From IMG/VR virus record IMGVR_UViG_3300031251_000002, positions 64,001 through 128,000 of that record: 64,000 nucleotides of DNA; one strand, written 5' to 3'. Below are positions 27,024 through 35,858 of the stretch, piece by piece. The first letter of the stretch is position 1. Every line of letters starts with the position of its first letter. The notes below the pieces were generated by a model, which worked only from the letters and a program-made list of their open reading frames with translations, was not told the origin of the DNA and searched no databases. Made by a program: the position numbers and the translations under genes. The stretch comes from a virus.

Positions 27024-27532
27024 CCGATCCGAAGTTCCCGGCACCCCCGGATGCTGAGGGGTGGGCATCGTTTCAGAGCGAAATTTACAGCACGATGATG
27101 CAGCGGGTCACGGTCTACCCGTACACAACGAAGGTTGTTACCTTAGCTGACAACACGTATGGAGAAGACATGGCGCAGGAGTGGCCAGAGTGGCTTTCCT
27201 ACGTCACGCCTGTCTACATCGCCGTCAGGCCGGGTTGGAAGACCAAAGTCACCGCAGAAGGCGTGGATGAGGAACGCCCGCTAACCCTTTGCTTTGACAG
27301 GGACTTAATCCTCAAATCGGGGAAACCACTTCCGGCGACCGGGTTTTTGATCTACATCCAAGGCGAATACTACCGGGTCATGCAGGACAACCCGGCTGAC
27401 TACTTTGCTAACCTCGACCGGGTATTCACACATGTCGTATTAGTTCAGCGTTATCGCACAGAAAGTGTCTCCCGAGGGGATATTACAGGTGAGGAACCAC
27501 CGGTAGATCGCTCTGATTACCCCCATGAGTAA
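27020..27532 (+). CDS. Head-closure/neck protein (gp14-like)
   Basis: NTYGED motif, GxDE, IQGEYYRV; position between gp13-like and gp15-like genes. Confidence 0.6.
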   Translation: MTDPKFPAPPDAEGWASFQSEIYSTMMQRVTVYPYTTKVVTLADNTYGEDMAQEWPEWLSYVTPVYIAVRPGWKTKVTAEGVDEERPLTLCFDRDLILKSGKPLPATGFLIYIQGEYYRVMQDNPADYFANLDRVFTHVVLVQRYRTESVSRGDITGEEPPVDRSDYPHE

Positions 27533-27974
27533 CATGCTTCCAAATTTTTCTCTTGATGATTTGTCGTATGGTTCCGGTAGTTACTTTGTATTCTCGGGCT
27601 AGAGTAGTTTGTGAGACTTTGGGGTAAAGCTTCAATATGTTAAGAACATCGCTTTCGGTGAGTTTTGCACGTACATGGCCTTCTCCGTGTGGTGTTCGTC
27701 CTTTTATGGTCTTGTCAGCCGCGTTGTCTGACCGGTTACCGAGAAACAGGTGGGCTGGGTTACAGCAGGGGGGATTATCACAATGATGCAAAACACACCC
27801 ACCCGGAGGGATTGGTCCGCGAGTCAATTCCCACGCCATCCGGTGTGCAAAGATCGAAGCGCGAGCCGTTCCGGGGCGATGAAACCACCCATAACCAGTT
27901 CGATGGGTAGCGGCTTGCCATTTCCAGCAATCGTGGGGTCCGAGGACTTGCACCTTGCTCCAGAATTTTGTCAT
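27483..27974 (-). mobile_element. Free-standing HNH homing endonuclease (antisense) with a C-terminal HTH
   Basis: FWSKV..CWKW..GYG..AHR.AW..VLHHCDNPPCCNPAHLFLGNRSDN; AKLTE..LAREYKV. Confidence 0.9.
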
Positions 27975-27988
27975 ATGGGGAGTATACA

Positions 27989-28348
27989 GTGAATGAATCT
28001 CTTCGGGCTGTAATCACCCAGCAGATGCTTCAGGAAGCCATTGATCAGGACAAGGCGGTAATCAACGCCAAGCTGGCGCTGGCTCAGTCATACATTGATA
28101 AGGCTCATGGCTTGATGCAGGAAGTCAACGATCAGACGGACCAGACGGCTTCCCGCGTTCGGGCTGCGGGCGTTACTCCTAAGGTGGATCCGTCTGCAAT
28201 CAAAGCTGATGCCTACGACACGACCTCCGCACTTGCCAAGGCGAGCTACTCGCTCGGACGCATGCTCGGCAAGGTGGCGGTGTTCTTTGCTGGAATGGCA
28301 GTTGGTGGTCTGGTTGGCGGGGGTAACAATTACAAGCCCTCTCTCTGA
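27989..28348 (+). CDS. Hypothetical protein with a C-terminal hydrophobic Gly-rich helix
   Basis: GGGGAG SD then GTG 27989, in frame with track ORF 27968..28348. Confidence 0.55.
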   Translation: MNESLRAVITQQMLQEAIDQDKAVINAKLALAQSYIDKAHGLMQEVNDQTDQTASRVRAAGVTPKVDPSAIKADAYDTTSALAKASYSLGRMLGKVAVFFAGMAVGGLVGGGNNYKPSL

Positions 28349-28881
28349 TGCAGATCACGCAAGAAGGGGCGCAGCCGGTTGGGCTGATGCTCCCCTACGA
28401 CAAGCGTGGCGAGACAGTCTCTTCGACTGTCAAAGGCAAGATGCTGTCATCGGCTCGCTGGCTGGCGCGAGAGATCAGGAAACGAATCCGCGATCAGGTC
28501 TACAACTGGCCTGACCTGACCGAACGATACTTGCAATGGAAGGAAGAACAGGGGCTTGATACACGGACACTGATTGCTTACGGCTACTACATAAACGCCA
28601 TCCAAGCATGGGAAACCAAAGGTGGGGTTGTTGTAGGAGTCGAGGATCGTGTTCACCGTGTCTCAGGCATCCCGTTACGGCTGATTGGTCTGTGGCTGGA
28701 GTACGGAACCTTCAACCCTGATGGCTCTGTTCGCATGCCAGCGCGGCCTCACTGGAGACCGACGATTCTAGACTGGAAGAACAACAAGTACCGAAGCGAC
28801 CGGAGAGAGATTCAGAAGATGATGGCGGATGACGCCAAGAAGTCTCTCCGGACGGCGTTACGAAAGACACTAAAGCGATGA
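28348..28881 (+). CDS. Virion morphogenesis/tail completion protein (HK97 gp10/Mu gpG-like)
   Basis: WPDLTERY..WK..TLI..G; LEYGT..MPARPHWRP. Confidence 0.75.
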   Translation: MQITQEGAQPVGLMLPYDKRGETVSSTVKGKMLSSARWLAREIRKRIRDQVYNWPDLTERYLQWKEEQGLDTRTLIAYGYYINAIQAWETKGGVVVGVEDRVHRVSGIPLRLIGLWLEYGTFNPDGSVRMPARPHWRPTILDWKNNKYRSDRREIQKMMADDAKKSLRTALRKTLKR

Positions 28882-29723
28882 CTGCTCCTACATACACGCT
28901 GCGTACCAATCCGTTCGTTGTCTACGACAACGCGGTGCAGGCTTTTCTTGAGCAGACGGTGGTGGGCGACAAGGGCAAGCTGGAGTCGGTTCCTATCAAT
29001 TTCGCTACCCCTCGAAAAGAGTTTGCGTCCCAGCTAACCCTCAATCCCAAGAACGTCGATCCGATTACACGGACAACGCCGGTTGACAACCCACGTACTC
29101 AGAAGACGGTTCCGTACCCGACGCTTGGCATTCTTCGGATGTCGCCAGTGTTTGACTCCTCTCGCTTTCGTCCACTCGTAGAGCGGAAGCTGAAGATCCT
29201 CGACCGTAATCGTGCATGGATGCAAGCGCGGTATGCCCTTCCGTGGGATCTTCAGTACCAGATTGACATGCGAGCCAAGTACCGGACGCACCTCAATCAG
29301 ATGATCAACAACATGTTTCTGAAGTTCTACGAGCCATGGATGCCCGTCACCGTTGACTGGGGTGACCCATACGGTGTTAAGAACGTGTACATGCACTTGG
29401 AGGGCTTGACCGACAACTCGGTGCTGGAGGTTGAGGACGAGAACAAGGACCGTGTTCTTCGTGCAACGGCTACGCTGACGCTCAAGGCATGGTTCCTTCA
29501 GAAGCTCACCCAGACGCCGACTGCTCTTCAGATTTACACGGACATCTACGCCGTTCCCATCTGGGAGAGCGTCGAGGACGCGGAAGCGGAGAACGAGACG
29601 ACGTTAATCGAGTCTCACGAAATCTCAGCCGATGCGTTGGCAAAGCAGGTAGACGATGCCGCAGCCGAGAAGGCTGCGCTGGAAGAGAAGGAAGAACGCC
29701 GTCATTGGGTTCACAAACTATAG
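28878..29723 (+). CDS. Tail terminator/sheath stabiliser (gp15-like)
   Basis: VPINFATP, VPYPTL, PWDLQYQID, LTDNS.LE..RVLR..TL.LKAW. Confidence 0.7.
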   Translation: MTAPTYTLRTNPFVVYDNAVQAFLEQTVVGDKGKLESVPINFATPRKEFASQLTLNPKNVDPITRTTPVDNPRTQKTVPYPTLGILRMSPVFDSSRFRPLVERKLKILDRNRAWMQARYALPWDLQYQIDMRAKYRTHLNQMINNMFLKFYEPWMPVTVDWGDPYGVKNVYMHLEGLTDNSVLEVEDENKDRVLRATATLTLKAWFLQKLTQTPTALQIYTDIYAVPIWESVEDAEAENETTLIESHEISADALAKQVDDAAAEKAALEEKEERRHWVHKL

Positions 29724-29730
29724 GTGATTT

Positions 29731-30525
29731 ATGGCAGACCAGATTCCAGACGATAAGAAGGCGGGACGTTTCGTGATTCCGGTTGACTACATCAACGCAG
29801 CAACGGGTGTTACAGACGAGGACGCCTTGAAGGTAATGAATGCCCTCCAGATTCAGCTAGATCGTGACTTCGCCCCAGTATGGGGTGTTGACTGCGCCTT
29901 GACCTTCGTTGGCAAGGGCAAGGCAGGAGCCAAGGATCATTGGTGGCTCGTCCTGCTCGACACCGCAGATCAGGCTGGTGCCCTTGGCTACCACGACCTG
30001 ACCGACACCGGCCTCCCAATTGGCAAGGTCTTCGTCAAGACAACCATGGACGATGGCGGGCAGTGGAGCGTCACATCTTCACATGAATTGATGGAGATGC
30101 TGATCGACCCGTGGATCAACCTCTGCGTCCTGACTCAGAGCTTCCCCGGCGCGGGTGGGGAACTAGTCCTAGTCGCCTACGAAGTTGCCGACGCACCCGA
30201 AGACGACCAGTTCGGCTACCCGATCAACGGGGTTCAGGTTTCAGATTTTGTCTACCCAGCCTACTTTGAGGAGTCGCCGGTATCGAGCGCCAAGCTTGAC
30301 CATCTCGGCCACATTACCTCCCAGTTCCAGATCCTCTCGGGCGGCTACCTGTCCATGATGGCGCTTAAGGGCGCGTCTGGCTGGCGACAGGTTACTAACC
30401 GTGCCAACGTTTCGGCTCGCGCTGCGTATCGTGATCTTCCGCAGGTTGGCTCTCGTCGTGAGCGCCGTCAGCGCGGGGTTTCCAACTATATGAATTCCAA
30501 CGTGTTAGCAGGACCGGGAGCCTAG
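29731..30525 (+). CDS. Zincin-like metallopeptidase
   Basis: GALGYH, SHELMEML.DP, YEVAD, VSDFVYPAYF. Confidence 0.7.
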   Translation: MADQIPDDKKAGRFVIPVDYINAATGVTDEDALKVMNALQIQLDRDFAPVWGVDCALTFVGKGKAGAKDHWWLVLLDTADQAGALGYHDLTDTGLPIGKVFVKTTMDDGGQWSVTSSHELMEMLIDPWINLCVLTQSFPGAGGELVLVAYEVADAPEDDQFGYPINGVQVSDFVYPAYFEESPVSSAKLDHLGHITSQFQILSGGYLSMMALKGASGWRQVTNRANVSARAAYRDLPQVGSRRERRQRGVSNYMNSNVLAGPGA

Positions 30526-30527
30526 GT

Positions 30528-30692
30528 ATGTCGAAGTCTATTGCGGAGTTCGTGGATGCCTTGGTAGGCAAGGAACTTGATGAGATCACTACTACAGGTG
30601 ACATCGCCATTGTTCCGATGGGTATGAAGAAAAAGCCAGATCCGGAAGACGACGTAGACGCTTTGGACAAAGAGGCCAAGGTAAAGGATTGA
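30528..30692 (+). CDS. Small acidic head-associated peptide (54 aa, absent from the ORF track)
   Basis: Translated by hand: MSKSIAEFVDALVGKELDEITTTGDIAIVPMG...; GGGAG upstream. Confidence 0.6.
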   Translation: MSKSIAEFVDALVGKELDEITTTGDIAIVPMGMKKKPDPEDDVDALDKEAKVKD

Positions 30693-30729
30693 CTTTTTAA
30701 CAGTTTCGGTCGGTTAACCCCCTAAATCT

Positions 30730-30738
30730 GGATACTTA
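30730..30738 (+). promoter_or_regulatory. Candidate late-promoter motif GGATACTTA
   Basis: Identical intergenic copies at 54491 and 60575; variants at 34879, 31206 and 49679. Confidence 0.5.
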
Positions 30739-30756
30739 GGAAAGAAGGGAGATTCT

Positions 30757-30993
30757 ATGCCAGCTATGGTTCGGATTCAGAACAAGCAAGCACAGACGCT
30801 CAACATCCTCCTCATGGAGAATGGCAAGGCGTCAACGAAGTCTCTCCTACCTCGCGCAATCGTGGACGTTGAGGCCAGCGCTCTAACTAGGACAGTATTT
30901 GACCTAGTGCAGCGCGGTCACATCGCCCTCAACGCGGTCGGTATGGAAGAGGCCAAGCCTGAGAAGGCGTCCAAGAAGAAGGACGAACTGTAA
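30757..30993 (+). CDS. Small hypothetical protein upstream of the sheath gene
   Basis: 78 aa; AAGGGAG SD. Confidence 0.6.
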   Translation: MPAMVRIQNKQAQTLNILLMENGKASTKSLLPRAIVDVEASALTRTVFDLVQRGHIALNAVGMEEAKPEKASKKKDEL

Positions 30994-31003
30994 GTATTGG
31001 ATT

Positions 31004-31177
31004 GCAGGAAACATGGTGCAAAGGTTATCTGGAGATAGCGCTAGCTAAGAGAAAATCCAAAAGGGCTTCGTCGTCAAAAGTGATGGCCAAGCGGTTATGC
31101 CTTCCGTAACTCTTAGATGCTCTGCCTCAAGACCATGTTCCCCCGGTGGGTCACACGAAGAAAAACGTGGTTCCTGC
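31004..31177 (+). ncRNA. Candidate structured RNA of unknown family
   Basis: Nested helices GCAGGAA/TTCCTGC, ACATGGT/ACCATGT and CTAAGA/TCTTAG plus five hairpins, in a 237-nt ORF-free gap; strand assumed. Confidence 0.55.
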
Positions 31178-31230
31178 TTTCGTATTCAACACCAAACAAG
31201 ACTTTGAAATACTTAACAGGAGACTAACGC

Positions 31231-33471
31231 ATGGCCACCTTTGTGTCCCCCGGCGTATACGTGATTGAACAAGACTTCAGTCTGTATATCCCGAACCTAT
31301 CAACTACAATCCTCGGTCTCGTTGGAGCGGCCCAGAAAGGCCCTCTGAACGAAGCGACCCAGATTACCTCGGCAGTTGAATTCATTCAGACGTTTGGTGA
31401 ACCTGCGCCAACGATGTTTGGTCCATACGCCGCCCTCCAGTACCTACAGGAAGGCAGCACGATGTACTACTGCCGTGTGGCTGGTCCGGATGCCTACACG
31501 GCACTCTTCCAGATCCCCTCGGCAGAGACGGGTGGAACCGACGTAGCGGCTGTTGCAGCAACTGCGCTTCCGGGTCCGTTCGCCATCACCCTCTCGACCA
31601 ACGACACGCTGACGATCACTGAGATTGATTACTCCAGCGGTTCGTACGTCACGACGGTTCGTACGATCACCCTGACAGCGGGTGGCGCTCGCACAGCGAC
31701 TCAGATCCTTGCTGACATCACCGGCACGGCGGGTTACGCGAGCTTCAATTTCACAGCCGCCATTCCCGGTGGCTTGCTGACGATTACCGACAAGAACAAG
31801 ACCAACCAGAAGGGTTTCGTTGTCGGTGGCAATGCGCGGATCACCCTCGGTTTCGATAGCGTTGAACACTACGGTGTAGACGTTACGGCCCTCCCAGCAA
31901 CAATCGCTGGCTCTCAGTCCCAGCCGTTCAACATCTCCGGATCCAACGACACCCTGAAGATCGTTGAGAACGATCTTCGCTCTGGCTCCCCGGCGGTGCT
32001 TACGACTCGTACAGTTACACTGACTCATGGGGCAACTCAGACTGCACTTCAGGTCGCGGCAGACATCAACACAGCAGCCCGTTCGGGTAGCTGGAATGTC
32101 CTAGCGGCAGCTTCTGGTACGAGCGTGGTTCTGTCCTCGGCCACCATCGAGAACGAGCTATTCGGTCTCTCGATTGACGGTTCAACGACCGTTCCGGGTG
32201 CGACAGCAACAACCCTCGGTTTCAACGACTCAGAGGTGTTCTACGGCGCGAAGGCGAAGTGGCTCATTCAGGCGTTGAACGAAGGCGCTTGGGGCAACGA
32301 CATCAGCATCGTTCTCGGGGCTGGTTCGATTGCGAACACCTACAAGATCGACGTTTACTACCTTCAGGCCCTTGTTGAGTCATTCGACAAGATGTCCTCA
32401 AACTCTTCGGATGACACGTTCGTAGAGAAGGTGATCAACGGGGTTTCCAACTACATCACTGTTACCGACAACGCGAGCCTCGGTCTCCCGCCGACCCTGA
32501 CCGTGACCTCGGCTCCGGGTGATTTCTTGATCCTTGGTTCGGATGACCTTGCAGACCTTGGCGATGCTCAGTACATCGGTGAGATTGATCCTTCTGGCGC
32601 AGCGACGGGCCTTCAGGTCTATGCTAACCCGGAAGTTATCAACATCAACCTAGTGGCCATTCCGGGTGTCTCATCCGGTGCGGTTCTCAACGCCGAGATT
32701 GACCTATGCGTTACTCGCGGCGATGCTATGGCGATTGTGGATCCTCCGTTCGGTCTGTCCAGCGCCAACGTCATCAAGTGGCACAACGGTGTTACCCCGT
32801 ATGACGACCATCAGGCGTTTGACTCCTCGTACGCGGCCCTCTACTGGCCGTGGGTTCAGATTTTCGATCCGGTCAACAATCAGAAGGTCTGGACACCGCC
32901 TTCGGGTCACCTCTCTCGCGTCTACGCCTACACGGACCGTACGACCGAGACTTGGTACGCCCCGGCGGGTACGCAGCGCGGTCACATCATTCCGGCTCTC
33001 ACGGTCGAGCATTCGGCTACCCGTGGCGAGCGCGACTTGATGTACGGCAATGGCAACGCCATCAACCCAATCATCAATATCCCTCAGACGGGTATTACGG
33101 TTTGGGGCCAGCGTACGTTACAGCGGGCACCGACTGCCCGTGATCGCGTCAACGTGCGTCGTCTCCTCCTGTACTTGGAGAAGGTCATTGCGACGGCTTC
33201 CCAGTTCCTCGTTTTCGAGCCGAACGACACCATCCTGTGGGCACAGTTCACCGACTTGGTTACTCCGTTCTGCGATAGCGTAAAGGCCCGTCGTGGTCTC
33301 TATGACTTCGCGGTTCGTTGCGACAAGACGACCAACCCACCGGACGCAATCGACCGCAACGAGATGCATGCGTACATCCTGCTCAAGCCAACAAAGACGG
33401 CGGAACAGATCATTGTTACGTTCACACTCACAACGACGGGTGCGAACTTCAACGAGATCGCTTCTTTCTAA
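31231..33471 (+). CDS. Contractile tail sheath protein (gp18-like)
   Basis: FVSPGVYVIEQDFS, YAALYWPWV, WYAPAG.QRG, VWGQRTL, RVNVRRLL, FEPND, KPTKTAE. Confidence 0.95.
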   Translation: MATFVSPGVYVIEQDFSLYIPNLSTTILGLVGAAQKGPLNEATQITSAVEFIQTFGEPAPTMFGPYAALQYLQEGSTMYYCRVAGPDAYTALFQIPSAETGGTDVAAVAATALPGPFAITLSTNDTLTITEIDYSSGSYVTTVRTITLTAGGARTATQILADITGTAGYASFNFTAAIPGGLLTITDKNKTNQKGFVVGGNARITLGFDSVEHYGVDVTALPATIAGSQSQPFNISGSNDTLKIVENDLRSGSPAVLTTRTVTLTHGATQTALQVAADINTAARSGSWNVLAAASGTSVVLSSATIENELFGLSIDGSTTVPGATATTLGFNDSEVFYGAKAKWLIQALNEGAWGNDISIVLGAGSIANTYKIDVYYLQALVESFDKMSSNSSDDTFVEKVINGVSNYITVTDNASLGLPPTLTVTSAPGDFLILGSDDLADLGDAQYIGEIDPSGAATGLQVYANPEVININLVAIPGVSSGAVLNAEIDLCVTRGDAMAIVDPPFGLSSANVIKWHNGVTPYDDHQAFDSSYAALYWPWVQIFDPVNNQKVWTPPSGHLSRVYAYTDRTTETWYAPAGTQRGHIIPALTVEHSATRGERDLMYGNGNAINPIINIPQTGITVWGQRTLQRAPTARDRVNVRRLLLYLEKVIATASQFLVFEPNDTILWAQFTDLVTPFCDSVKARRGLYDFAVRCDKTTNPPDAIDRNEMHAYILLKPTKTAEQIIVTFTLTTTGANFNEIASF

Positions 33472-33513
33472 GGTTGCAACAACAGCCTAGAAGTGGTACA
33501 AAACTCGTCCAAT

Positions 33514-33552
33514 GCCCTCCAGAGGCCAAATCCTCTGGGGGGCTTTTTCTTT
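33514..33552 (+). terminator. Intrinsic terminator after the sheath gene
   Basis: GCCCTCCAGAGG/CCTCTGGGGGGC stem plus TTTTTCTTT. Confidence 0.8.
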
Positions 33553-33576
33553 GTGGCGTAATGTTAAGGAGTTAAC

Positions 33577-34758
33577 GTGGGTAAACGTAAGAACCCTGTA
33601 ACGATGGCCTGTAGCGCGGGATGCGGAAAACCATATCTACAGTATCGCCCTGAACACACTGCCCATTATGAGTGTACTGTTAACAACAAGAAGCGTGATG
33701 CCGCTCTTCGGAAAGCAGAGCAGAAGGCCGCTGCTGCGGCGGTTGAAGTCGATCAACTGAAGGACGAATCAAACATCGCGCTCAAGGCCGCACTCAAGGC
33801 AACCCTCCTCAAGCTAGAGAAAGAGAAGAACAAGACGGCAGTTTTGATCGAGGCGGTCTATGAGACCGTTTCGACGGAATTGAAGACCCAGAGCATTCCT
33901 GCCGTTCCTCCGCCCGTCTCGGACAAGCGCAAGCACGGAGAAGAGGTGGCAGTCGCTGTTCTTGCGGACTGGCAGCTTTTCAAGGTTACCAAGACGTACA
34001 ACGCCAAAGTGTGCGAGCAGCGCATCGAGAAGTTTTCCGAGAAAGTCATCGAGCTAACCCGAATTCAGCGGGCCGACCATCCTGTTCGGAAGTGCCATAT
34101 TTGGTGCCTAGGGGATTTGGTCGAAGGCGAGTTGATTTTTCCCGGTCAGGCACATCTCATTGAAGGCTCTGTATACCGAGCCAGCGTTGTAGACGGACCT
34201 CGTATCAAGGTGAACTTCATTCGCCGTCTGCTGACGGAGTTTGATTCAGTCCATGTGACCGTCGTTCCGGGAAACCACGGTCGAGCCGGTGGACGCCAGC
34301 ACCGGGATTACCACCCGCAGACAAACTTTGATCGCATCCTCTCGATGGTTGCGAAAGCCCATCTCAGCGACGAGCCGCGTGTTACATGGAACATCGCGGA
34401 CGACATGCTGGAGGGCGGCTGGTACGCGATTGATGACATTGGTGGTTACAAGACCCTGCTGTTCCATGGTGATCAGATCATCGGCGGACTGACCACGGAG
34501 AACCATCTGAAGAAAATGATCCTCGGTTGGAAGTCGGGCGCTTTGGACGGAAGCTTCAATGACGCCTTCCTTGGCCACTTCCATGTAATCAAGCGGTTTA
34601 CGTTCAACAGCACTGCTGTGCGCGTCTCGGGAAGCCCGGAGAGCGATAACGGCTATGCAATCAGGTCTCTAGGCTCTGTCTCACGGCCCTCGCAGCACCT
34701 CCAGTTCGTGAAGCCCGGTTTTGGCGTCACGGCTGAATACGACATTTGGTTGGACTGA
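33577..34758 (+). CDS. Calcineurin-like metallophosphoesterase with an N-terminal coiled coil
   Basis: ADWQ, LGDLVEG, PGNHGR, FHGD and GHFH motifs. Confidence 0.85.
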   Translation: MGKRKNPVTMACSAGCGKPYLQYRPEHTAHYECTVNNKKRDAALRKAEQKAAAAAVEVDQLKDESNIALKAALKATLLKLEKEKNKTAVLIEAVYETVSTELKTQSIPAVPPPVSDKRKHGEEVAVAVLADWQLFKVTKTYNAKVCEQRIEKFSEKVIELTRIQRADHPVRKCHIWCLGDLVEGELIFPGQAHLIEGSVYRASVVDGPRIKVNFIRRLLTEFDSVHVTVVPGNHGRAGGRQHRDYHPQTNFDRILSMVAKAHLSDEPRVTWNIADDMLEGGWYAIDDIGGYKTLLFHGDQIIGGLTTENHLKKMILGWKSGALDGSFNDAFLGHFHVIKRFTFNSTAVRVSGSPESDNGYAIRSLGSVSRPSQHLQFVKPGFGVTAEYDIWLD

Positions 34759-34864
34759 GGGGGTGATGAAGCGTGATTGTACTCTTGATCTTAGTCCCGA
34801 TTCTCGCCGGTCGCATTATCATCAAGCAACCATAAGCTTGATTCTGTAGGGTTTTGACCCTCCG

Positions 34865-34898
34865 ATGCCCTCACCTGTGGATAATTAGGTGAGGGCAT
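34865..34898 (+). promoter_or_regulatory. 12-bp perfect hairpin covering the RBS, with a promoter-like motif in the loop
   Basis: ATGCCCTCACCT-GTGGATAATT-AGGTGAGGGCAT, 2 nt before ATG 34901. Confidence 0.6.
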
Positions 34899-34900
34899 TT

Positions 34901-35095
34901 ATGGCAGAAAAATACAATCAGTCCCAGCAGGAAGCGATCTACGCGCTGTACGCTAATAAGTACAACGTTCCGACCGCCGCTGTTCCCAAGCCAGACGCTT
35001 TAGGGGCGCAGGTTAACACCGCGCTACCGAACGATTCTGGGAAGCCGACTGGGATTCAGATCGAAACACCCAAAGCTAACGGTACTCGTAAGTAA
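34901..35095 (+). CDS. Small hypothetical protein
   Basis: 64 aa from ATG 34901. Confidence 0.55.
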   Translation: MAEKYNQSQQEAIYALYANKYNVPTAAVPKPDALGAQVNTALPNDSGKPTGIQIETPKANGTRK

Positions 35096-35205
35096 CGTCC
35101 CCGGCACAGCGTATACAACTCTCTTAACACGTTATTGTTCTAGGCAACATTAGGCTGTGGAAGTTTTCAAGCAAGTGTTAATCATTAACCTTACAGGAGA
35201 ATTAC

Positions 35206-35712
35206 ATGCCTAGTCTTGCAGCAACCCATCTCGCAGGTGCGGGTGGCGGCTATGAGCCGCAGCGGAAATACAACTGGTTCCTCTACCTAAACGGTGTCGC
35301 AGGTGCGGAACAGATTCGACTCTCGATTCAGAAAGCCTTCCTACCTGAAGAGTCGAACGATCTAATCACTCTAGCCTTCGGAAACGAGAAGGTGTATGTG
35401 GCCGGTCAGACCACGTACTCGGAAGGCACCATCACCGTCCACGACATGGTTGATAAGGACATCTACGGAATCCTTCGCACATGGCGTCAGATGGTCTACG
35501 ATCCGGTCTCGGGCAACATTGGTTTCGCCGCAGCCTACAAAAAGACTGCCCGCATCCTGCTCGTCGCCCCGGATGACAGCATCGAGCGTCAGTTTCAGTT
35601 GACTGGCGTGTGGCCGCAGAAGATCAGCCCCGGCGATCTTGACTACAAGGCGGGCGCGGAAGTCGTTGAGATTGGTATGACCATTCGCTTCGACAAATCG
35701 CTCCCTGTCTAA
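35206..35712 (+). CDS. Tail tube protein (T4 gp19-like)
   Basis: YEPQRKYNW, GNEKVYVAG, W...VYDPVSG..G.AA.YKK, L.GVWP..I..GDLDY, IRFD; AGGAG SD. Confidence 0.9.
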   Translation: MPSLAATHLAGAGGGYEPQRKYNWFLYLNGVAGAEQIRLSIQKAFLPEESNDLITLAFGNEKVYVAGQTTYSEGTITVHDMVDKDIYGILRTWRQMVYDPVSGNIGFAAAYKKTARILLVAPDDSIERQFQLTGVWPQKISPGDLDYKAGAEVVEIGMTIRFDKSLPV

Positions 35713-35742
35713 CGATGCGCGACGACATGGAAATTTGATCTC

Positions 35743-35770
35743 AGGGGGCTGGATTAGCCAGCCCCCTTTT
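35743..35770 (+). terminator. Intrinsic terminator after the tube gene
   Basis: AGGGGGCTGG/CCAGCCCCCT stem plus T-run. Confidence 0.75.
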
Positions 35771-35858
35771 CCCCTGTAACGGGTTTGCCGTATTCAACTC
35801 ACGTACTTTGTTTTTAGCAACACGGTAGTGCCCGTAACTGACATTAGGAGGCTCTATC

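Noticed and set aside
33474-33502. Sigma70-like promoter TTGCAA-N17-TACAAA
   Set aside because: The -10 lacks the conserved final T and it would fire directly into the terminator at 33514; unsupported without TSS data
34766-34849. 27-codon ORF MKRDCTL... after the phosphoesterase gene
   Set aside because: Too short and featureless to support as a gene
35101-35185. HDV-like (theta) ribozyme
   Set aside because: Helix order is loosely similar, but the L3 length, P1.1 and P4 elements do not fit and no tRNA is adjacent
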